From NCBI GenBank assembly GCA_964276515.1, contig OZ193909.1, forward strand, positions 10,664,001-10,728,000: DNA of 64,000 nt, in the 5' to 3' direction. The translations under genes and the position numbers were made by a program. Below are positions 25,113 through 35,600 of the stretch, one piece after another; the first letter of the stretch is position 1; every line of letters begins with the position of its first letter. The notes beneath the pieces were generated by a model, which worked only from the letters and a program-made list of their open reading frames with translations, did no database searches and had not been told where the DNA came from. The DNA is from Gordius albopunctatus (Eukaryota).

Positions 25113-26000
25113 TTAGTAGGCAATTGGATCGCCCCCGTCGCCCCTGACGGGAGTTCGGACGGAGAGAATATCCAGCGGCGCGTCTCCCGAATTTGGAATA
25201 TAATACGTGCGAGCCAGCGGGGAGACCCGGATGAATTCCCTCCGTCGAGAAGCGGTACACCCGAGGGCCCGACTTCCCATGATCCTGCCAGTGCCTTCAT
25301 TCTGCGCCTTACTCCTGGCAGAGGCCGGCGTCTTTTTGACGTGGCGGCTCTTTGGGAGGCTTCTGTCTCTGCCAGCGCCAGGAAATAACTGTCTTCTTGG
25401 CTGGACGACCTCTAGATTGGGGATATTCCAGTCTTCCGCGAAAGACTTATCGTTCCTGACGGCCGTGGCCCAATTGAAGTTTATGGCCGTGGCGAGCGTT
25501 GTAAGGCGTGCCGTTGTTTCCTTTAGTAAAGTATCGGGGGAATCCTCCGAGAGGGTATCCGCGACTAGGAATATATATTGGCTTTCCTTTCTATCTCTTT
25601 GCGATACTTTGGTGGGGAATTGGGCCATGAGATCCTTTAGTTTGTTAATTTTATCCTCGATCTCACTGAGCTTCTCCGCTGTGGTCTTGGGGGCCGGTTC
25701 TGGTTGGACTATGTTTATGGCCGGCGGAGGAGCGGCTCTCTGGACGTTGAGTTGTTGAATAAGCGTCGCGATTGTCTGTTGGGATTGGGCGAATTATGCT
25801 TGGGCCCTCCTGTTTTGCTCTGCAATGACTCTGAGGATTTCTGTCATGTCCCCTTGATCGTCCCCTCCCCTACCCGATGGGGTTGGGGAGCCGTCCCTGG
25901 ACGAACTTTCCTCCCGTATATTATTGGCCGGGTTTTGGGGCGGTATTAGGGGCGCTGGTGCTGGTTTACCTAAAGGGTTAGTTCGAGCGGGTCTTACCAT
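25113..26000 (-). pseudogene. ORF1 (gag/core-like) of the retroelement; one internal TAA at 25794-25796
   Basis: ORFs 26000-25794 and 25628-25113 share one frame. Pro-rich N-terminus, Gln-rich/coiled segment, helical region, basic tail; no CCHC knuckle. Confidence 0.7.
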
Positions 26001-26037
26001 TTTTCCTGAATTCCTTGATTAATTTATATATGATTAA

Positions 26038-26154
26038 TATTGGAATAAATGGGGAAAAGGTGTTATAAAGATAAACGTCGAACGCGAATTTCCAAAGAGC
26101 GTTTGGTAAACTAGGGTTTTTCTTTATATATGCGTGCATAGTGATGCATGCGGG
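26038..26154 (-). repeat. 5' terminal direct repeat containing TATATAAA and a small hairpin
   Basis: Minus strand TATATAAA at 26130-26123; hairpin tttaccaaa-cgctc-tttggaaa at 26110-26089. Confidence 0.9.
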
Positions 26155-29100
26155 TGTCACTGGTCAATAGTGCTTGGAAGTATAATCGGTAGATCAGATC
26201 ATTAGCTCCAACGTACTGGCTAAAAGCCTTAGAACTATTATATCCCGCATGTATTTTATTTCTAAATCCGATGAATCCACTCGTATATTAAACTTACCTA
26301 TATGTCATATTTATTTGAAGGTTTACACACTTTCCCTTCATTGATCCTTTTATATTGAATCTAGCGGAATCCATCTAGCAACAATGATTCACATGAAAAA
26401 CACCTTTTTTATATACCCCTAAACCCATTTATCCACTTACTCGAAATACTCCCACTAAGTCCTATCTATGGGCGCTCGCTTCTCCCGCTATAAGTTGCAA
26501 CACATAATGCAGGATCTATATGCTAAGATCTTCTTAAGGTAAATACAATGTACACTTAGATGTCAGCCTTCTCAAGGACTGATGAGAAAGGCTTAGATCT
26601 TAGTACCAAAGCTTTTCTATATCTGAAAAATTAAATTTATTAAACAACAGAAAAAACGATCTTGTCTCCCCAATCATTCCCTCAATTACTTAGAATCATA
26701 TTAACCTAGAAAGACTCCTTACAAACGTTAATAGAATCACCAGAAAGATAAATACAACGTTGCCATCTTTATCCGCTGAACTTCTGCCCAACAAAAATTC
26801 CACATACTTTTATCACACAAATGTCTTGAGAATTACACATCATGGTTTTGAGCTGAACAAAATTCCTATCCCCTCTCTATAACATTTTTAACAAAATACT
26901 CTCTAAATTTGATTTTAAGTGCAAAAATTCATAGAACTTTAAACGGTAAGTGAAGTTATAATGTAGATTTTAATTATAACAATATAATTTATATGAACTA
27001 AAATAAATTAGACAAATGGATGACAAACCTACTCTCAATTTTGCATATCACTTGCACCCGATTCCTTGAAGGTGTTATACCCAAGTAAGTCAAAGCGTGC
27101 AGGAAAATGTCTATCAAATTTAGCTTAGCGATTTTTAGAAGAAAATAAGTAAATCATCATTACTTACTAGTTTCGATAAAACTTGAGTGATCTATTGATT
27201 CTTTTAAATTTGAATGTTTTCAGCTAGCTGCTAAATACAATCCCACCGGGCAATAAATCCATTGTCACCAAACAAACTTTATTAAGAAAACTACAACATA
27301 AGAAGTTACATTTAATAAAAGGGTTAAGGCACGAGGAAAAAAATTGTGGCAAAATAATCAAAAGGCAAACAAATTTTAAATTCAAGTATATTAATTATTA
27401 ATGTACTATTTATCCTAGAATCATAATAAAATAAGAAATTTGCTCATAAATTTTTTAAAAATATTTTCCAAATTATATTGAGGAATATTCTATTTAGGCT
27501 CTTTGGCAGTAAACTATTTACAAAATCTTAAGAGATATTAAAAAAACATGCCGTTTATACAATCTAAAAATGTTCACACTTCTTATATATTCTTTAAGTT
27601 TTATATAATTAAATACAATACAACTCATTATATTGTATTATAAATGTATTTAATTATTTACATCTTACATAGTCTAGCGAAAAATTCATAACATCGATGT
27701 AATGAAAAAGTTGTACTTCGACACATGGACACTAAAAAATTGGAACAACTTAGCCGAGAGTAAGTGTGCCGTATTTGATACATATTGTAATTTATAAATC
27801 CTATTATTTAGTTGCAAAAATGTTAACCCGTTTACTTGTATTTTATTATCAAATCAAATATAAATTTAAAAATTTACAAAAAATTATGTGTTAATATATA
27901 AATTTTACAATTTACACAACTTAAGCGCATTTTTATAGCATATTTTTGTCATCTTACCCATTTAAAAAGTATATATGATAAAATATGTTCATTTAATTAA
28001 TAAATTTTTTTTTGATTTAGGTAATTATATTTTTATTATAAAATTTTTATAAGTAACCTTTAATACAAAATATCTCTATACATTCATACTCCTAGCTAAA
28101 TATCCCATCAATGTAAAAGCCTTGATTATTATTTTTATAGCATTAGAATTTATTACATTTCAATTTTTTAGCCAATGTTCTAAAATTTTATTGTGTTTAT
28201 TGATTTAATTAATCAAGTTTTTAACTCGATAAAGTTGATATTGACTATTTGTCAAAAATGACAATTTTAATTTCTATTCTTTGCTTTGGAAAATACTTTG
28301 TTTTAGATAAGTTTTGAATCTAGCTATTAAAAATGTTACATTAAAAACTTTATATCTTTGATTTGATAATAAAATGAATATGATCATGATGATTGATGTC
28401 AAATATTATACCTTATTTATACTTATGTCATCAGCAGCATTTTTCAGATGCTCATGGCCTAGTTACACTTTTGATGGACACTTGTGATTAACAGCCTTTA
28501 AAAAGTTATAAAGCCAAAAGATTTACATTGTTATTATGCTAATACAACATTTTTGTTGTACTATTCTAACAAAGGTTGGATTTTAACATTTATAATTCTA
28601 CACTTTTTATATTTCATAATATGGCAAAAATGAATTCATATAAAATAAATAATGAATAAAATATTAAAACAAATGCCAATAGTCATAATTAACTTAATAC
28701 CTTCATTGTTTAATAAAAACTATTGCCAATATTAGCAATCTTGCCTTTTTGTTTGATTATTAAGTTCCTATGCATCTTTATAATTCCTTCTTTCCTTGAA
28801 ACCCTAAAAACTCCCATAATTTACTTAGTAATACTTTGTCACCCCTAGCAAATTTGCACATTTACGAGTATAAAGCTTCTCAAGTCTATCCTAAAAATTT
28901 TGGCATTTTGATGAATCCCATTGTACAATTTTAATTACAATCGCAAATAGGATTTTTTATGTTCATTCAAAGCAACCCATAAACACTTTTGCTTGAAGTC
29001 CGATTGGCAAATTGAAGATTTCATTTTACACAAAGACTAGCTAATGACTGCCGGTTTTAATTTTTCCGACCTCGGCGAGCCCAAATACCATTTTTATTTT

Positions 29101-30428
29101 TGTGCCTCGACTGATTACCTTTATATATAAACTTTTGGCAATATGTCTAGCTTGTTGCTTTATACCGAATAATTGCGAAACTGGCTTTATAATTTCCTAC
29201 AAATTTATGACGACCGTTCCTTACTTCTAATTTGTCTGACCTTGGCCTGAGGCCAATATTTTTTTGCCATTATATTTTTGCTGGTTATTTTGGTGAATTT
29301 TTAAAGCTCGCCCCGCATTTAATTTGTCTGACCCCGGCCCCCGGCTCGAGACTTTTGTTCTTTCTTGGGCCTCACTTGATTTTTAATTTTTTGTGGCCGT
29401 TTTTTGAATTTGTCCAATTTGTTGTTTTGGATGACTATATTTAGGCCAAAAATGAATATATATTCATACCCCCTGCTTATAGTTTGATCATTTTTTTAAT
29501 TCCTGTACTTCTTTTTGTGTTCTTATTTTAATTATATGATTTTATCACTCAAAAGTCAAATGTATTATAAAAAGTTGAACCCTCTAAAATAGAACTGTCT
29601 ACTTTTACGTATGACATTAAAGTTTGATGTAATTTGTTATTTTTGTGTGCAATTCTTTATACCAAACGGTAGTATCGTATGCTGCGGCGGTGCTCAAAAG
29701 CGTTTTTTAAACTTAAATAAGTTTCGGCGTCTAAAAATGGCCCAATTCCTTGGCAAAATTTTCAAATGAGTTGACAAAGCGACATAATGCCCAATGATAT
29801 TTAATGATTTTTATAATTTTATTTAGACATCTTTTTTCCCCGTTTATTTTAATGGTCATTAAAAAATGTTTTTTTTATCAATCTATTATAAAATAAAGTT
29901 AAAATTATTGTTTACTTACATTTATATACATCTTGGCGCTTTTTGTATTTTAAAACTGAGAAGGGGGGGGGGGGTATAACAGCGCGATAGTGTATTAGTT
30001 AAATGAGGCCATTACTTTGGCCTCTATACAATGTTCAAATATTTGTCCAAACGTTGCGCTAATTATTCGCTTGGTTGTACGCCTCCGCAACCGAGATCAT
30101 TTCTCCTGCAACTATTGTATTTTCGATGAAATCCATCAAGTCTCTGCCCCAAACATATTATCTATCATTAACCCTTTTCCCTTAAAAATATTTTATTTTA
30201 TATTACTGTTACCTTAAAAAATATATGTCCCCTTTTTAAATCAACTTTTTTGGATTCGCGCATAATGAGCCCCATAAATTGGTAATTATGCAATAAGGTT
30301 AATGTTAAATGCGAATAATTTTGGCAAAGGATGAAAGAGCAGGTCGGAAGGCGCGTCTATCTTGTCCCCGTTTAACCCTTCGCTGGACTTGATTTAACAA
30401 AGGGCTTATTGCTGTTTACACTAAAATT

Positions 30429-31461
30429 TAGTGCTGTAAACATTTGTAAAAAAAATCGAACGCGTTCACGTTCGTCTAAAAAGAAAAGGAACGCGTTCAC
30501 GTTCGTTCAAAAATTTTTGATACATTTTTTTAAAGTTTAATTTAATATAAATAAATGTCTTATATTTTTTAATACAATAAATAGCCATGATAAAAAATAA
30601 TAGTTTTATTTCGACAATATAATTATAAATCAATATAATCTATTTTCTTATTTATTTTTAATAATAATTATTTTTCAAAATTGTCTTCTGATAAGCAGGA
30701 ACGCTTGGCAGTTAATACAGCATTAGCTATACTAAAAACCTGCTCCACAGGGGCAGATGAGGGGATTGGAGTATTATACTTAATTAACAAATTTTTTAAA
30801 GGAGGAAATTTATTTAAAAACTTTTAATGTTTTGTCCCTCGCTTCAAAAAATTGCGACAAGATATCATCCTCCAATGCGCCCTCTACTTCCTCGCCAAAA
30901 AAATGATATCTCGGAATTGACAGCTCTTTCATTATCAATTCTAGGGGTTTCAACCCCTTTTTTCAATAACACTAAAAGTTTATTCTTTATAGGTTCATTT
31001 TAATTATTGAATTTGATCTTTTATATGAAACGAGTGAAAAATATTGTTCATATTTTGGCCATGGCAATTTCAATTCATCTGCTGATTTTGAATATTCAGA
31101 ATCTGAAGATGACGACGATATAATATTATGATTTTCCATATTAACCTATAAATTAAACTATAATTAATAATATAAAACTAATTAACTTTAATCTTATCTT
31201 CTTTTGCACGTTATAGTATGTTAAAAGTATTTCGGCATTGGTAATAGGAAACAGGAAAAACAGCTGATTAAAAAATATAATACTTTTTTGTTAAAAATTC
31301 GGATTGACATTCATTTTCAAATAAATAAAAACAAAAAAGGGTTTTTAAAATTGAACGAACGTTAAATTCGAACGCGTTCATCAAAAAGGAACGCGTTCAC
31401 GTTTAAAGTTCACCAAAAAATAAAAGAACGCTGTTCCTGAACGCGTTCATTTACAGCACTA
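30429..31461 (-). mobile_element. Non-autonomous hAT element retaining the C-terminal dimerisation-domain coding fragment
   Basis: TIRs tagtgctgtaaa / tttacagcacta; perfect 8-bp TSD ctaaaatt; gaacgcgttca subterminal repeats; minus strand ~30800-30672 gives LIKYNTPIPSSAPVEQVFSIANAVLTAKRSCLSEDNFEK. Confidence 0.9.
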
Positions 31462-32678
31462 CTAAAATTATATGAACTTTTGCGCTTAATTGTTGGGCTC
31501 ATAAAATCTATTCATTGATTCAGTTTGGATTTCATATCTACAAGCAAAGTTGCAGATTATTTTTCTTAGGGTATACCATTTATTATTCACTTAAAAATTT
31601 AAGTAATCGTATAAAAATAACGTTAATAAGTTAGTTATAAAGCAAAAAGATCTGAGCCGTAAATATCAATTTTTAACTTTATATTTTTGAACGGTTGCAT
31701 ACACTTATATTACATATCTAAGCCTTTGCTCTCAATTCGAGCCCATTAAGTCTATATTGTGACGATAAGTTTACATATTAAAGCCATATATAGTTTAGCA
31801 GGCAAAATTATAAATTTTTCCATTGTATTCTATTGATTTTTCATCCGAAAATCTAAAGCAATACGATTAATATGAATAATGTTTTGTGATAACATAAGGT
31901 AATTACTGGAAAAATGAACATTATTTAGTTAAAATGTAAAAAAAGAATTGAGGCTTGGCATATATTTTTGTGAAAATTATAGTAAAAATTTGCCTTTGAT
32001 CGTTGCAAAAAATTAAATTGTGAAATTTTCTAGAAAAATTGTGCCTGAATTTTGTTATCGACTTTAGTCGTTATCAGTAAAACACCCAAATATAATTTAC
32101 ATTAGCAGCATAAAATGATTTATGGGCGTTGACAGAATATCTAGTAGCGATTTAAAAGAGAGGTGGGGGGGGGAGTTTAGCTAGCCTTTTCATTGCGCCT
32201 AAGGACTTATTCAAACGATGATTCATAGCACCTAAAAGAGACGTAGGAAAATTCTGTAAATTATGTGCTACTTCTTACTTGTTGGACTCATCTAAAAAGA
32301 ACACATTTTAAACATTCTTCTTGATGATAAAACAAACCAAAAAAATTAACCTATGATTATAAATTAACTTTTTTACTCGAAAGTTAATTTATCATCAGCA
32401 CGTAAAGGACATTAAAGTAAATGCCTAAAACCTATTTAAAAGGACTCAATTTCCTTATGAATTACATGGATAAACGACATCGTGCTACATTGTAATGACC
32501 TATTTTTCGAGCAGTCTACCTACAACATATGCAAATTACAAATTTGTTTAAATTCCCGAGCCTCCCAATCAAATTATTATTAAATTGTTTATCATCTAAG
32601 CTGAACAATTGCGGCCTATGAACCTCGCTCGTTCGTTATAAGCCTTCCTCGCGCCCACCAATCCCATCCCATCCCACG

Positions 32679-35600
32679 ATGCCATCAGCCATACACCTAT
32701 GCCCCCGCCTCCTATCCCCCAAACTCAGGGTATACCTCAATTCTCTCCTCTCCCGCAAAAGCGGTAAAGGGGGGGGGAGGCACAAACACGTCGGACCCTA
32801 CCTCCCCTTCTCCTGCAAATGCCTCTCCCTCTTCGTCCTGGTTTGGGTCGGGGTCCTTTGGTTGTTCCTCGCCTTTACAGCCACCGACGACCCCCTCACT
32901 CCCCCCCGCGATCACGATAAGGCCCTAGATGGGGGCCTCCATAATGCTCACCACTTCACCGGAGGGATTCCCCCTTTTTCGGCCCGCCCGTTACCACAAC
33001 TACAGCCCTTCGACATTCACCGGATCGGCCAAAATATCGTTAATTTACCCAAAAGGTTTTATCAAAATTTTGCCAACGCCGTCGATAATTGGGCCGGCGG
33101 ACAACCGGATCAAGCGGGAGTAGGAGTATTGCCCCCTCCTGACCGCCCCGATACCGTCAATCCCAAAGGCTACGGTACGTGATGTGAAAATTCTCGTAGT
33201 GCTTGGGTGGGTCGGGAATATTTTATCTTTTGAAGATTTTTGTTAGTTTTTGAATTATTTGTACGTTAATTCTAATGTTATGTTTATTAGATACATTTTA
33301 AGGTCACGACGACTATTACTTTAAAGCTTAAGATTTGTCTTCGATAAACTGTCTACTTGGACATTTTTTGGATTGAGAAATGGACATGGACTAGATTATT
33401 TTATATCGTTGTGCCAAATTAGCTTTACGCTATACAAAGTATTTTGTAGGGGACTTATTATTTATACAACAGATGGATATCTAGGTTTCGTGTGTGTTAA
33501 TCATTTAAATTTGCATTTATTTTGAAAACCCTCTACTGAACCTCGATATATTTTATTTGTCCCCGTGTTAATCTAGGAGAAAACGGGGAAGCTGTTGTAT
33601 TTAATAACTTGAATCCTGAGCAACAGAAGGAAATGGACGATGGTTGGCAACGGAACGCCTTTAATCAATATGTGAGCGATAGGATATTTTTGAATCGCTC
33701 TTTGCCCGAAGTCCGAGACCCGGAGTAAGCAAACTTAATTCTCAGTTTAGGAACATTGTTGTAACCTTCTTATGTGAAGTTCTTGCACTTAATTCATTAT
33801 TCCTATTTAATATTATGTAATCAAAGTATGGAGCAATGATTTTTAAAGTAAGTCATATCCCCCTTCCTGTGGGTCGTTAAATATTAGGGGAAGGGGGGAG
33901 AAAGCTAGGGGATCGATGTAATTTTTAACATTTTGAGTGTTTTAATAAAATTTTCAGGTTATATTAAATGTGTAAGTCTACGAGAAATTTATATAAATTA
34001 ACAATTGGGGGGGGGGATTAAGTCCAGTATTTTGTTGCCCTAGAAAATGATGAGATCCAACGGCAGTCCCCAAGTCATCCATTCTCAAGCATTAACCATA
34101 ATCGTAAAATTTTTGGGACACAATTATCCTCTTTATGACTATCACAACCTTTTTGATGTTCCAACGATTTCAACTTTATAAAGGTTTGATTAGGTGGATA
34201 TAAAAATTGAGGTTTGATCGGGATTTCTTAATACTATGTGCGACTCGCTTTTAACTATTTCCATTATTTTTCCCCTCGAACAGATGCCTTAAAGTAGAAT
34301 ACGCTACGAACTTACCCGATACCAGCGTCGTGATGTGCTTCCACAACGAAGCTTGGTCCGTTCTGCTTCGAGGAGTCCATTCCATAATAAATAGAACACC
34401 ACCCTCGTTACTCAAAGAGATCATTTTGGTTGACGATTTTTCCGACATGGGTAGCTAGTTTTCTTAGGATTTTTGATTATAACGAATATATTCCCTTTAA
34501 GTCATGGATGATTAGAGGGTGAATAAAAAGTGTGGAATATTTGTGTAAAACCATGTTTATTTAAAAAAAGATATAAATTTATGATTTTTTTCCTCATTTT
34601 TAGATCATCTTAAGGGGAAACTTGAAATGTACGCCGCCAGGTTGGGTAAAGTTAAGGTAGTGCGAACTAAAAAGCGAGAAGGTCTTATTCGAGCTCGCCT
34701 ATTGGGCGCATCTGTAGCCACCGGAGCCGTTATCACTTTCCTCGACTCTCACATAGAATGTGCCAAAGGTTATCTACTTTGTCGGTCGTTAGTTAAAATG
34801 ATTGTTGTGCGCTATATTAATATGAGGCTTTGATAGACTGCGGAATAGAACTTAACAAGTTTAGTATTAATTAATTTAAAAAATAATTATTGATTTCAAT
34901 TTCGATTTTTATCCTAATTCTGGAATTGTGTGTCAATTTTTTGAAAAAAATTGGCCTCTCTCTCATAGTGAAGATATGCTAAATAACATAAACTCTTCAT
35001 GATAATACCGTTAAAGCAGCTAGCCCTTCGATACAAGGAATTATAAAATGAAATATTCATATTTTTCTCATCTAAACACAAAAAAGAAAGATTAATTTCC
35101 TTTCCATTCTTATTTTGAATAAATAACCTACAATTAATTTTTTTTTCAAATTTAACCAATAATAAGTCCGCCCCCCCTCATTTAAAAACTACGTGAAGCG
35201 GGTATTTATGAAAAATTAAAAAATTTTCCCATGAAAAAAGGCATTTTTTCTTTCGGATTTTTTGCCCAAAATAATTTTAGTCTTATTTGCGATCTTAAAG
35301 TACTTAAAATGGCACATGTTTAACGCCAATTATCTTAAAAGCTAGACTTATTAGGAAAAATAAAATATTATGAATTAGAATAAAAACGATCACAAACGTT
35401 TACAGCCTCCTAAGTAATAAAATTTATTGACCCATGTATCATGATGTATATGATATTTTAAGTTTATTATACTTCATTTGTAAAAGGGCTACCCTACATT
35501 TATAAATTTTTACACAATTCGGATAAAAATGTTAATTATTTTTAATTCCAACAACTTCAGATTATTCAAAATTTATATGATAAAAATGGAATCTCGTCTA

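Larger units (their letters stand above)
23273..26154 (-). mobile_element. DIRS/hepadnavirus-like (HEART-like) RT-RNase H retroelement, 2765-bp unit with 117-bp terminal direct repeats; no integrase, YR or protease visible
   Basis: GC-rich island; ORF1 followed by RT (DLKAAFFSIPL, LPMGASYSP, YLDDIL) and RNase H (TDAS, E, TDS, NPADYPS); direct repeats at 23273-23389 and 26038-26154. Confidence 0.8.

Noticed and set aside
23714..25949. Plus-strand ORFs inside the retroelement
   Set aside because: Antisense shadows of a GC-rich coding strand; no recognisable motifs, including none for a tyrosine recombinase.
23273..26154. Ordinary LTR retrotransposon interpretation of the direct-repeat element
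   Set aside because: No TG..CA termini, PBS, PPT, protease or integrase, and the RT motifs are not Gypsy, Copia or BEL type.
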